NCBI GenBank assembly: GCA_031362885.1
Contig: JANLTJ010000054.1
Span: forward strand, 2,939-66,938
Origin: Betaproteobacteria bacterium
GTDB lineage: Bacteria > Pseudomonadota > Gammaproteobacteria > Burkholderiales > JACQAP01
Direction of reading: 5' to 3'
Length of the DNA stretch: 64,000 bases
The notes below the pieces were generated by a model. The model was not told the origin of the DNA. It made no database searches and worked only from the letters and a program-made list of their open reading frames with translations. Position numbers and translations under genes: made by a program. Positions 27,585 to 36,824 of this stretch are shown piece after piece; position 1 is the stretch's first letter; each line of letters opens with the position of its first letter.

Positions 27585-29432
27585 TTGTCTTCAATGCCAT
27601 CCTTGTTGAGTTTTACCGCAGCAAATCGCCCGCATCTGGCGGCGCGGCTGGCTTTGTTTCTGCTGGGTTTGGCCTGCGTGTTGCCGTTCTTGAGTTCGGT
27701 ATTTCGTCCGCCGATATCGAGTTTTTACGGCGAAGTGGTCGCTTTCGCGCTCGGACTGTTGGCGATTGCCCTGATGGCTTCGCGAGCGTTGTGGACCGAT
27801 ATGCGCCTGCCGCGAGTAAGTATCCTGTTTCTCGGCTTCGCGATGCTCATGGCGCTGCAGATTGCCCTGGGCAAAGTGGTCTATGGGCAGTTAAATTTGC
27901 TCGGCGCGGTTTATGTGCTGTGGGCAGCCGCATTGGCAATGCTGGCCAACCGGCTGGCCGGGATACTCGGCGCGGCCGCGTTCGCCACCGGACTCTCGTG
28001 GTTTCTGACTGCCGGTGCTCTGATCAGTGCGCTGATCGGGTTGATGCAACTCTTTGGTGTGGCCTCGCCGCTGGCGCCACTCATGTTGCCGCAACTGCAT
28101 GGACGCATCTATGCCAATACCGGGCAGCCGAATCATCTGGCGAATTATCTTTTCCTGGGACTTGCCTCGACCGGGTATCTGTGGAGTACGCGACGTCTAA
28201 GTTTTGTTCCGGCCTTGATCCTGTGCCTGATTCTGCTTGCCGTGCTGGCGGTATCGGGCTCGCGGACCGTGTGGCTGTATGCCGTGGCATTCGTGGTGAT
28301 CTCGGTCGCGATGGGCGTGTCCCGGCCATCCGTCGAGCTGAGGCGCCTGCTGGTTTACAGTATTTTTGTTTTCGCCGGTCTGGTGCTTGTGCAGTGGGCC
28401 TTGGCGGGACTGCCGCCGCAACGATCGATAGCCGTCGAAACCATGGGCGCGCGCGTCCAGTCGCTTGGACTATCTTCGCCGACGCGGCTGCGCTTCTGGA
28501 ATGAAGCACAGATGATGTTCCGGGATGCGCCAGTTCTCGGAGTCGGGTTCAGGCAATTCTCCTGGAATCGTTTTCTGCTCGCGGAAAAACTGCCGGCTTC
28601 TGGTTTTGACGAAGGCATCGTTGACCATGCCCACAATCTGGTGTTCCAGATAGCCGCGGAATTTGGCACTGTCGGGCTGGTTATCCTGTTTGGGGGCTTG
28701 GCCTGGTGGGGGTGGTCCATGCGCGGCGCGAAAATCGACGCTTCGAGGTGGTGGATGGCGGCGGTTCTCGGGGTGCTCGGGCTGCACAGTATGCTAGAGT
28801 ATCCCCTGTGGTACGCGTATTTTCTGGGCATTGCGGCGATTGTCATGGGCGCCGCTGAGTGCGATGCACCGAAGACAAATGACGGACCCGGCGGCCGGTT
28901 GATCCTGATTGCGGCGGTGTTACTCGGGGCGGTTTCGAGTGTGAACGTCTATCGGGATTATCGCGTCATGCAGTCATTGCAGCGAAACGCGATCAGTCAA
29001 GCCAGCTCCGTGGCTGAATCGGGTGAAGATCGCGAATTGGCGCGGACGCTTGGATTGACCCGGACACCCGGCGCGGTATTGATCGATTTGCAGCGCAATT
29101 CGTTGTTCGCGCCGTTCGTTGAATATGCCCTGGCCCGGCAGATGCCGCTGAATCGGGAACGCTTGGCAGACAAGATCGAACTCAATCGACGCGCCATGCA
29201 ATTCCAGCCGTCCAATGATTTTGTTTATCGTCAGGCGTTGCTGCTGGCAATGACGACGGACGTCGCAGGCATGCGGGCGCAATGGGATTTGGCGGTTGCG
29301 AATTACCCCGGCTACCGCGAGGAGGCGATCCGGATTGCGCGAGCGATGGAAAATTCCGGCGAGAGCGGGATGAATGAGTTGCTGCGCCATGCATTGGCGC
29401 AGCAAGCGGAAAAGGACAGGGCGGAAAAGTGA
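27585..29432 (+). CDS. PglL/PilO-type O-oligosaccharyltransferase or O-antigen-ligase-like protein (Wzy_C + C-terminal extension)
   Basis: 615 aa with about 12 TM segments. The Wzy_C loop motif is DHAHNLVFQIAAEFG. A soluble, helical C-terminal domain of about 170 aa matches that seen in pilin-glycosylation ligases. The start is TTG 27585 or ATG 27594. Confidence 0.72.
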   Translation: MSSMPSLLSFTAANRPHLAARLALFLLGLACVLPFLSSVFRPPISSFYGEVVAFALGLLAIALMASRALWTDMRLPRVSILFLGFAMLMALQIALGKVVYGQLNLLGAVYVLWAAALAMLANRLAGILGAAAFATGLSWFLTAGALISALIGLMQLFGVASPLAPLMLPQLHGRIYANTGQPNHLANYLFLGLASTGYLWSTRRLSFVPALILCLILLAVLAVSGSRTVWLYAVAFVVISVAMGVSRPSVELRRLLVYSIFVFAGLVLVQWALAGLPPQRSIAVETMGARVQSLGLSSPTRLRFWNEAQMMFRDAPVLGVGFRQFSWNRFLLAEKLPASGFDEGIVDHAHNLVFQIAAEFGTVGLVILFGGLAWWGWSMRGAKIDASRWWMAAVLGVLGLHSMLEYPLWYAYFLGIAAIVMGAAECDAPKTNDGPGGRLILIAAVLLGAVSSVNVYRDYRVMQSLQRNAISQASSVAESGEDRELARTLGLTRTPGAVLIDLQRNSLFAPFVEYALARQMPLNRERLADKIELNRRAMQFQPSNDFVYRQALLLAMTTDVAGMRAQWDLAVANYPGYREEAIRIARAMENSGESGMNELLRHALAQQAEKDRAEK

Positions 29433-29839
29433 ATTTTGTACTCAATAATATCTGGCTTGTGATGGCGGCTGCGGTCAGCGCTGCGGTCTTGATCTGGCCA
29501 TTGGTCAATCGACGTCTGAGCGGCGCGCCCGAACAGGGGGCGATGCAGGTCGTTCAACTGCTCAATCGCAAGGATGCAGTCATGATCGACGTGCGAGAGC
29601 CGGCGGAATTCAGCGCCGGCCATGCCCCCAACTCGAAGAATATTCCGCTCGGGCAATTCGAGAAGCGCATCGGGGAGCTGGAAAAATTCAAGAATCGTCC
29701 CGCCATCCTCGTCTGCCAGACCGGCAGCCGGTCGCACTCGGCAACCGCTTTGCTCAAAAAGGCGGGATTTGCGGAAATCGTGGTTTTGGCGGGCGGCATG
29801 AACGCCTGGCAGCAGGCAAACATGCCGGTGGAGAAATAA
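29429..29839 (+). CDS. Rhodanese-like domain protein with N-terminal TM anchor
   Basis: 136 aa. The active-site loop is VCQTGSRS (CxxGxR). The GTG start overlaps the previous stop. Confidence 0.85.
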   Translation: MNFVLNNIWLVMAAAVSAAVLIWPLVNRRLSGAPEQGAMQVVQLLNRKDAVMIDVREPAEFSAGHAPNSKNIPLGQFEKRIGELEKFKNRPAILVCQTGSRSHSATALLKKAGFAEIVVLAGGMNAWQQANMPVEK

Positions 29840-30156
29840 TGCCGCGCGTGAGCATGTATTGCACCGCCGTGTGCCCATATTGCGTGGCAGCCGAACGGCT
29901 ATTGAAAAGCAAAGGCGTCGCGGACATCCAGAAAATTCGGGTTGATCAGCAGCCGGCGCTGCGTATCGAAATGATGGAACGCACCGGCGGACGCACCGTT
30001 CCGCAAATCTATATTGGCGACAGACATGTCGGCGGGTTCGATGATCTTTCCGAACTGGACGCGGCCGGCGGTCTCGATCTCCTGCTGCGTGACGAACCGG
30101 GGCTGCATGGTGATTCCAGTTCGCATGGTGGCGAGAAAAAATCCACGGCCGTCTGA
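29839..30156 (+). CDS. grxC: Glutaredoxin 3
   Basis: MYCTAVCPYCVAAERLLKSKGV..TVPQIYIGDRHVGGFDDL (CPYC). It has a C-terminal tail of about 20 aa beyond the canonical Grx fold. Confidence 0.9.
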   Translation: MPRVSMYCTAVCPYCVAAERLLKSKGVADIQKIRVDQQPALRIEMMERTGGRTVPQIYIGDRHVGGFDDLSELDAAGGLDLLLRDEPGLHGDSSSHGGEKKSTAV

Positions 30157-30191
30157 CCCTCTCAAAATTTACCAACTACAGGCCAGTCACC

Positions 30192-30656
30192 ATGAGCGAG
30201 CAACCCAACCAACCGGTATTCACGATCGAGAAGCTTTTCGTCAAGGATCTTTCGGTGGAAGTGCCCAATGCGCCGAGAATTTACCTTGAACGCAATACGC
30301 CGCAGATCGAAATACAGTTGAACACCAGTGCCAGCCCGATCGATGAAGGCTACTACGAAGTACTGGTGAGCGTTACGGTAACGGCCAAGTTTGCCGACAA
30401 AACCGTATTTTTGGTCGAGGCGAGCCAGGGCGGCGTGTTCCAGATCCGTAACCTGCCGCAGAGCGAGCTGGAACCGGTGCTCGGGATCACCTGCCCTAAT
30501 ATCTTGTATCCCTATGCGCGCGAGGTGATTTCCGATGCGGTGGTGCGTGCCGGTTTTGCGCCGGTACTGCTCAATCCGGTCAACTTCGAGGCGATATTCC
30601 AGGCACAGCGCTTGGCGAGTGCGCAGAACAATGTCCCGGCGGGGGCGACACATTAG
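30192..30656 (+). CDS. secB: Protein-export chaperone SecB
   Basis: 154 aa. FTIEKLFVKDLSVEVPNAP..CPNILYPYAREVISD is canonical SecB. Confidence 0.93.
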   Translation: MSEQPNQPVFTIEKLFVKDLSVEVPNAPRIYLERNTPQIEIQLNTSASPIDEGYYEVLVSVTVTAKFADKTVFLVEASQGGVFQIRNLPQSELEPVLGITCPNILYPYAREVISDAVVRAGFAPVLLNPVNFEAIFQAQRLASAQNNVPAGATH

Positions 30657-30663
30657 TCGCGGC

Positions 30664-31107
30664 ATGCTGCGCAGACCGCTCTCGTTGCCGTTTGTCGCAC
30701 TCTTGCTTTTTAGTGCGGACGTGGTTGCGCTGGATTTTCGATCCGTTGCCGAACCGGCCGCTATTCTCTACGACGCGCCGACCCTCAGCGCGCAGAAGTT
30801 GTTCATACTCTCCCCGGGCTATCCGGTGGAAGTCGTCGTGAAGCTGGGCACCTGGTCCAAGGTTCGTGACGATGCAGGGCAGTTTGCCTGGGTAGAGAAC
30901 GCCAATCTGTCGGATCGTCATACGGTCATGGTGCAAGTGCAAACTGCCGAGGCACGGCAGGCAGCGAATGAAGCTTCCCCGGTCGTATTCGTCGCGCAGA
31001 AGAACGTTTTTCTCGATCTGCTCGAAGCGACTGCCGGCTGGGTCAAGGTCCGCCATAAGGACGGTGCCACGGGTTTCATTAAAGCAAGCCAGCTTTGGGG
31101 GCTATGA
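30664..31107 (+). CDS. Secreted bacterial SH3-domain protein
   Basis: 147 aa from ATG 30664 with a signal peptide. Two SH3_3-like segments (YPVEVVVKLGTWSKVRDDAGQFAWV; GWVKVRHKDGATGFI). Conserved position between secB and gpsA. Confidence 0.6.
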   Translation: MLRRPLSLPFVALLLFSADVVALDFRSVAEPAAILYDAPTLSAQKLFILSPGYPVEVVVKLGTWSKVRDDAGQFAWVENANLSDRHTVMVQVQTAEARQAANEASPVVFVAQKNVFLDLLEATAGWVKVRHKDGATGFIKASQLWGL

Positions 31108-32096
31108 AACTCGCCATTCTCGGCGCCGGAGCATGGGGCACCGCACTGGGTGTCGCGCTCGCATCCCGTCACTCAATTGCGCTCTGGGCGCGCGATGCCC
31201 ACCAGTGCCGGGCGATGTCTGCCGACCGGTTAAATACGCGCTATCTGGCAGAAGTCGCGATACCAGCGGGCGTACTGATTACCCCGGACGTGCGACAGGC
31301 GCTCATTGACGCCGATCTGATCGTCATTGCGGTTCCCACCGGCGCGTTGCGCGAGACCCTGAAGCTGATCGTGTCGGCCCGATCAGAAGCAGGCGTTGTC
31401 TGGCTGTGCAAAGGTTTTGAATCCGGCAGCGCGAAATTCCCGCACCAGATCGCCGAAGAAGAGCTTCCATCGTCACAACCGCGCGCCGCGTTTTCCGGGC
31501 CCAGCTTTGCCGCCGAGGTTGCGCGCGGACTTCCGGCAGCGGTGACGCTGGCCTCGCGGGACCCCGAGTTTGCCGCCCTGGCCGCGGGCCTGATGCATAC
31601 CGGACGTTTGCGCGTCTACTCCAGTGATGACCTGATCGGGGTGGAAATTGGCGGCGCGGTGAAGAATGTCATCGCTATCGCCGCGGGTGTCTGCGACGGT
31701 TTGAAGCTCGGCGCGTCGGCACGAGCGGCGTTGATTACGCGTGGGTTGGCCGAAGTGACCCGGCTGGGCGTACGCTTGGGCGGGCGCGCCGAGACCTTCA
31801 TGGGACTGGCTGGTGCTGGCGACCTGATGCTGACCGCCACATCGGATTTATCGAGAAATCGCCGTGTAGGGCTGCAACTTGCGCTCGGACGCCCGCTTGC
31901 GAGCATTCTGGCGGAGCTCGGTCACGTCGCGGAAGGGGTCAAGACCGCGCCCGAAATACAACGGCTTGCAAGACAACTGGGGATCGAAATGCCCATATCC
32001 TCGGCCGTCTCGCATTTGCTGGGCGGATTGACTTCGGCCCAGGAGCTGGTCGATGGTTTGCTGCAGCGTGAGCCAAAGTCGGAGAGTGTGCGCTAG
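31104..32096 (+). CDS. gpsA: NAD(P)H-dependent glycerol-3-phosphate dehydrogenase
   Basis: [16 protein letters not shown].. and ..[21 protein letters not shown] 31104 overlaps the previous stop (ATGA). Confidence 0.95.
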   Translation: MKLAILGAGAWGTALGVALASRHSIALWARDAHQCRAMSADRLNTRYLAEVAIPAGVLITPDVRQALIDADLIVIAVPTGALRETLKLIVSARSEAGVVWLCKGFESGSAKFPHQIAEEELPSSQPRAAFSGPSFAAEVARGLPAAVTLASRDPEFAALAAGLMHTGRLRVYSSDDLIGVEIGGAVKNVIAIAAGVCDGLKLGASARAALITRGLAEVTRLGVRLGGRAETFMGLAGAGDLMLTATSDLSRNRRVGLQLALGRPLASILAELGHVAEGVKTAPEIQRLARQLGIEMPISSAVSHLLGGLTSAQELVDGLLQREPKSESVR

Positions 32097-32569
32097 CTGC
32101 GCATTCCCGCGAAGCCGAGCTGTCGCCAGGCTTCGTATACCGCAACTGCCACCGCGTTCGACAAGTTAAGGCTGCGGCTGGCCGCTACCATGGGCAGGCG
32201 CAGAAGCTGTGCGTCCGCAAAACTGGCGAGCAACGCGTCCGGAAGTCCGCGCGTTTCTGGCCCGAAGATCAGCACGTCGCCAGCTCGATATCGGACGCTG
32301 TCGTAACGGGTGGTCGCCTTAGTACTGAAGCCGAAACGCCGGCCCGGCAAGGCGTGCAACAGAGCAGGCCAGTCCGCATGTACCTGAACCCGGGCATATT
32401 CGTGATAGTCCAGCCCGGCGCGCTTCAACTGACGATCACTCAACTGAAATCCCAGTGGCTGAACGAGATGTAGCCGGCACCCAGTATTGGCACAAAGCCG
32501 GATGACGTTTCCGGTATTGGGTGGAATCTCGGGTTCAAACAGGACAATATCGAACATGTTGGGTTGCAA
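32093..32569 (-). CDS. trmL: tRNA (cytidine/uridine-2'-O)-methyltransferase TrmL (SpoU/TrmH family)
   Basis: 158 aa with a TTG start. [44 protein letters not shown]. Confidence 0.9.
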   Translation of the reverse strand: MQPNMFDIVLFEPEIPPNTGNVIRLCANTGCRLHLVQPLGFQLSDRQLKRAGLDYHEYARVQVHADWPALLHALPGRRFGFSTKATTRYDSVRYRAGDVLIFGPETRGLPDALLASFADAQLLRLPMVAASRSLNLSNAVAVAVYEAWRQLGFAGMRS

Positions 32570-32614
32570 TTCATTGAGTTCCGGAGTTTAATCTTGAAAT
32601 TCAATGAACTGCAA
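32564..32614. repeat. Imperfect inverted repeat in the trmL / mshE divergent region
   Basis: TTGCAATTCATTGAG (32564-32578) and TTCAATGAACTGCAA (32600-32614) match at 13/15 positions as a reverse complement, with a 21-nt spacer. The left arm overlaps the trmL start codon. Confidence 0.6.
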
Positions 32615-32720
32615 TGCATACTTCAACAAAATTAGCTGCTAAAGGAAACCCTTGGTGTGGTCGCTAACTCAAGTCTAGGTGTACCTCGCGCATTCGTGCG
32701 CCAGGACGAAATCGGGGTAG

Positions 32721-34421
32721 ATGGGTAGACCGGAAAAAATTCGACTCGGCGAAATCCTGCTTCAGCAAAATCTGCTGACGCAGGACCAGCTCAAATCCGC
32801 GCTTGAGGAACAAAAGCGCAGTGGCCGAAAACTTGGCCGCATCTTCATCGATTCGGGGAACGTGACCGAAGAGCAAATCGGCGAAGCGCTCGCGCGGCAG
32901 TTGCACGTCCCCTTCATCGATCTCAAGCACTTTAATATTCGCGCCGATGTTGCGACGCGCCTGCCGGAAACGCTGGCGCGCCGCTTTCGTGCCATCGTGC
33001 TGGATGAGACGGGCGCATCTTATCGGGTCGGCATGGCCGACCCTACCGACTTGTTCGCTTATGACGAGATCAACCGGGTATTGAAACGCGACATTGAGCT
33101 CGCGGTGGTCGGCGAAACATTGTTGTTGCAGACCATTGACAGGGTGTACCGCCGTACCGAGGAAATCAGCGGACTCGCGCTGGAGTTGCAGCAGGAACTT
33201 GGCGAATCCACCGATTTCAACACGCTCGGACTGACGCCGGGCGCCGAGGACGCGCCGGTGGTCAAACTGCTTCAGTCGGTATTCGAGGACGCGGTACAGG
33301 TGCGCGCTTCGGATATTCATATCGAGCCACAGGAACACAAGGTGCTGATCCGCTTTCGCATCGACGGCGTGTTACACGTGCAGACTGAATCAGATTCCAG
33401 GATCGCTTCCGCCCTGACCCTGCGCTTGAAACTCATGTCGGGGCTGGATATTTCGGAAAAACGTCTACCCCAGGACGGTCGCTTCAACGTCAAGGTCCGG
33501 GGCAAGCAGATTGACGTGCGCATTTCCACCATGCCGACGCAGTTCGGCGAATCGGTGGTCATGCGTCTGCTCAACCAGAGCGGTGGCGTTCTCGGGCTGG
33601 ATCGTCTCGGCCTGCCGGCCGACATGCTCAAGCGCCTGCGCGAAATCATCCACCGCCCAAGCGGCATGGTGCTGGTCACCGGCCCGACTGGCAGCGGCAA
33701 GACGACAACGCTCTATGCCGCGCTTGATGAACTCAACACTGCGGAGCGCAAGATCATCACCGTGGAAGACCCGGTTGAATACCGACTTCCCGGCATCAAC
33801 CAGGTGCAAATCCACGAGAAGATCGATCTCACCTTCAGCCGGGTGCTGCGCAGCGGGTTGCGCCAGGATCCGGATGTGATTCTGGTAGGGGAAATGCGCG
33901 ACCAGGACACCGTCGAGACCGGTTTGCGTGCTGCGATGACTGGTCACATGGTGTTTTCCACGCTGCATACCAATGACGCCATCAGCACGCCGATCCGGTT
34001 GATCGACATGGGTGCCCCGCGCTATATGGTGGCCATGTCGTTGCAGGTGGTTCTGGCACAACGCCTGATGCGGCTGATCTGCGAAAGCTGCGGCGAGGCC
34101 GCGCAACTGACCCCACAGCAGCAGGAGTGGATGCATCACGCGTTGGGGAACTCCACGGCTTTTGCATCCTGCCGGATCGGGCGCGGATGCACACAATGCA
34201 ATGGCACCGGATACCTTGGACGTACCGGTGTATACGAAATGCTGGAAATGACCCGCCCGGTGGTCGAGGCCGCAAACCAGTCTGATCCGGCGACGTTCAT
34301 GCAGGTGGCGCGCAAGCAGATGCAGGGGCAGATGCTCAAGGATCATGCGGTGGAACGGGTTGTGCAAGGCCGAACCACGGTCGAGGAAGCGATGCGCATC
34401 CATTCCCAGGTGGACGACTGA
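32721..34421 (+). CDS. mshE: MSHA-type type IV pilus extension ATPase (GspE/PilB family with N-terminal MshEN c-di-GMP-binding domain)
   Basis: 566 aa. The tandem MshEN motifs span residues 8-60. Walker A is GPTGSGKTTT. Asp/His boxes and a C-terminal Cys4 motif (CESC..CTQCNGTGY) are present. Confidence 0.9.
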   Translation: MGRPEKIRLGEILLQQNLLTQDQLKSALEEQKRSGRKLGRIFIDSGNVTEEQIGEALARQLHVPFIDLKHFNIRADVATRLPETLARRFRAIVLDETGASYRVGMADPTDLFAYDEINRVLKRDIELAVVGETLLLQTIDRVYRRTEEISGLALELQQELGESTDFNTLGLTPGAEDAPVVKLLQSVFEDAVQVRASDIHIEPQEHKVLIRFRIDGVLHVQTESDSRIASALTLRLKLMSGLDISEKRLPQDGRFNVKVRGKQIDVRISTMPTQFGESVVMRLLNQSGGVLGLDRLGLPADMLKRLREIIHRPSGMVLVTGPTGSGKTTTLYAALDELNTAERKIITVEDPVEYRLPGINQVQIHEKIDLTFSRVLRSGLRQDPDVILVGEMRDQDTVETGLRAAMTGHMVFSTLHTNDAISTPIRLIDMGAPRYMVAMSLQVVLAQRLMRLICESCGEAAQLTPQQQEWMHHALGNSTAFASCRIGRGCTQCNGTGYLGRTGVYEMLEMTRPVVEAANQSDPATFMQVARKQMQGQMLKDHAVERVVQGRTTVEEAMRIHSQVDD

Positions 34422-35647
34422 TGGGCCATTTTGCCTACACGGGAAGAAACGCAACCGGACAACTGGTCAAGGGCATGCTGGAGGGTGCCGACAGCGGGGC
34501 GGTTGCAACCCAACTATTTGGTTCGGGCATTACGCCGGTCGAAATCGGCGCGGCCGGCAATCCCGGAGAATCCGGCATCAGCGCCCTGCTGGCGGGGCTC
34601 ACCAGGCAACGCGTCGAGCAGGTGGAGCTGCTGCTGTTCAGCCGCCAGATGCACGCCCTGCTCAAAGCCGGCGTACCGATCATGCGCGCCCTGGCTTCGC
34701 TTCAGGAATCGGCCAGCAATCCTGCTTTCAGGGACGTGCTGCTGCTGATCCGGGAAAGCCTGGACAGCGGACGTCCCTTGTCCGCCGCGATGCAAAGAAC
34801 CGGAGTGTTTTCCCCGTTTTACATCGCCATGGTCTATGTCGGCGAGACCACCGGCATGCTTGAGGAAATCTTCCTGCGCCTCTACAGCCATCTCGAATTC
34901 CAGGAATTCATGCGCAATCAGGTCAAGTCCGCGTTGCGCTATCCGATATTCGTTCTGGCGGCGATGATTGTCGCCATTGTCGTCATTAACTTGCTGGTGA
35001 TTCCCGAATTTGCCAAGGTCTATGCCGGTTTCAAGACCGAGTTGCCGTTGCTCACCCGCATGCTGATCGGATTTTCCGATTTCATGGTTGCCACCTGGTG
35101 GCTGCAAGGGCTTGCGCTGTTTGCCGCCCTTGCCGGATTTCGCTCGTACATTGCCACCGTACATGGCCGCCACGAGTGGGACCGGATAAAACTGCGCATT
35201 CCGATCGCAGGGAAAATCGTGCTCAAGGCCACGCTGGCGCGCTTTGCGCGCAGTTTCTCGCTCGCCATGCGCAGCGGCGTGCCCATTGTCCAGGGACTGA
35301 CACTGGTCGCACAGACGGTGGACAACGCTTTTGTTGCGCGGCAGATCGAGAAAATGCGCGAAGGCGTCGAGCGCGGAGAAAGCGTGTTGCGAACCGCATC
35401 GAATTCCGCGATTTTCACTCCGGTCGTGCTGCAAATGGTCATGGTGGGCGAAGAATCCGGGGCACTCGACGACATGATGCACGAGATCGCGGAAATCTAT
35501 CAGCGTGAGGTCGAATACGAACTCAAGACCCTGGGCGCGCAAATCGAGCCGATTCTGATTCTGTGCCTGGGCGTGCTGGTGCTGATCCTGGCGCTGGGCG
35601 TGTTCCTGCCGATCTGGGACCTCGGCCAGGCGGCGCTGAAGAGATGA
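34421..35647 (+). CDS. mshG: Type IV pilus platform protein (GspF/PilC family)
   Basis: 408 aa with two GspF repeats and 3 TM segments. The start overlaps the mshE stop. Confidence 0.9.
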   Translation: MGHFAYTGRNATGQLVKGMLEGADSGAVATQLFGSGITPVEIGAAGNPGESGISALLAGLTRQRVEQVELLLFSRQMHALLKAGVPIMRALASLQESASNPAFRDVLLLIRESLDSGRPLSAAMQRTGVFSPFYIAMVYVGETTGMLEEIFLRLYSHLEFQEFMRNQVKSALRYPIFVLAAMIVAIVVINLLVIPEFAKVYAGFKTELPLLTRMLIGFSDFMVATWWLQGLALFAALAGFRSYIATVHGRHEWDRIKLRIPIAGKIVLKATLARFARSFSLAMRSGVPIVQGLTLVAQTVDNAFVARQIEKMREGVERGESVLRTASNSAIFTPVVLQMVMVGEESGALDDMMHEIAEIYQREVEYELKTLGAQIEPILILCLGVLVLILALGVFLPIWDLGQAALKR

Positions 35648-35650
35648 ACC

Positions 35651-36166
35651 ATGCGACTGCACCTTCCTCGCCGGCGCGGCGCAACCTGGCTGGAACGCAT
35701 GGTGGCGCTCATTCTTTTCGGGGTGTTTCTGGCCGCTTTCCTCGACCGGGTTTCCTACTATCAGGAGTACGCGGAAAAAATGGAGATGGAACTGACGGTG
35801 CGCAATATGCGCACCGGTCTCAGATACAAAATCGCCGACCTGATCATGAACAACCGTTTGCCGGAAATGGCGACACTCGCCGATGAGAATCCGATCAATT
35901 GGCTGGAGCAAAAGCCGGCGAACTATCTGGGTGAATTCGACGGGGCGCCGGCCGACGCCAACTCCGGCAGTTGGTATTTTGATCGGCGAAACCGGCAACT
36001 GGTCTATACCATCAACCATCGGCGGCACTTTGAGCCGACTGACGGCCAGGATTTTTCGGTGCGCTATCAGACAGTACGACGTATTTCCCCGGTGCAGACC
36101 AGCAATACTGCGCAGGAAGCATGGGTTTCACTGGCTCCGGTGCGAGATTTTCGCTGGCAACCCTGA
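35651..36166 (+). CDS. MshF-like pilus biogenesis protein (single N-terminal TM)
   Basis: 171 aa. The position after mshG and the pseudopilin-like hydrophobic N-terminus (LERMVALILFGVFLAAF) match MshF. The assignment is from context. Confidence 0.5.
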   Translation: MRLHLPRRRGATWLERMVALILFGVFLAAFLDRVSYYQEYAEKMEMELTVRNMRTGLRYKIADLIMNNRLPEMATLADENPINWLEQKPANYLGEFDGAPADANSGSWYFDRRNRQLVYTINHRRHFEPTDGQDFSVRYQTVRRISPVQTSNTAQEAWVSLAPVRDFRWQP

Positions 36167-36267
36167 TCCGGGCACAGATTCTGCATCATCAGCCTTGTTG
36201 AATGTTTAATGCCCTGATCGATCACCGATTTTATTTTCACAAACCACTTGAGTGCCGAAAGGTCGTC

Positions 36268-36762
36268 ATGAATCAAACGCAAAGCAGACATCTTCAACCA
36301 GCCAAAGGTTTCACCCTGATCGAGCTGGTCATCACGATCAGCGTCATCGGCATCCTGGCAGCGGTTGCCTTGCCACGCTATATCACCCTGCAAACCCAGG
36401 CGCGCGCAGCCAAAATGCAGGCGATCTTTGGTGGGGTTCGATCGGCCGCCGCGCTCGCGCATGCCCAGGCGCTGGCCACCGGTGCTTTGCCGGGTGCCTC
36501 CATTTCCATGGAAGGCCAGCCCGTGACCCAAGTCAACGGCTACCCCACCGCGAATGCGGCCGGCATCATCACGGCCTTGCAGCTCAGCGCCACGAGCGAC
36601 CAGGTGGTCATTTCCGCGGGCGGTCCGGGCGCTGGCCAGTTGATCACCATCGATATCGTCGGCGCTGCCGTGGCGGCAAGCTGCCGGGTGTCCTACACGT
36701 CCGCGGCGGCGCTCAATGCCTCGCCCACTATTGCAGTACCGGTTGCGCCCGATTGTTCGTGA
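36268..36762 (+). CDS. Type IV pilin (MshB/MshA-like), class III signal peptide
   Basis: Leader MNQTQSRHLQPAKG followed by FTLIELVITISVIGILAAVALPRY. C-terminal Cys pair. ATG 36268 chosen. Confidence 0.75.
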   Translation: MNQTQSRHLQPAKGFTLIELVITISVIGILAAVALPRYITLQTQARAAKMQAIFGGVRSAAALAHAQALATGALPGASISMEGQPVTQVNGYPTANAAGIITALQLSATSDQVVISAGGPGAGQLITIDIVGAAVAASCRVSYTSAAALNASPTIAVPVAPDCS

Positions 36763-36824
36763 GTGTGCGAATCGCGCCGCAGGACAATTGAACTTTGTGT
36801 TTTTCGTAGTTTTTTAATAGGAGA

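Noticed and set aside
27440-28504. 354-aa plus-strand ORF overlapping the PglL-like gene in another frame
   Set aside because: The alternative frame (27585-29432) gives a coherent polytopic Wzy_C protein. This frame gives an Arg/Gly/Ala-rich sequence with no TM logic.
29839-30156. Unusual C-terminal ~20-aa tail on GrxC (..PGLHGDSSSHGGEKKSTAV)
   Set aside because: It is probably just a disordered extension or a late stop. Nothing in the sequence suggests a separate function.
34514-36028. 504-aa minus-strand ORF opposite mshG and the mshF-like gene
   Set aside because: It is antisense to a canonical GspF-family gene, with a His/Gln/Arg-rich shadow translation.
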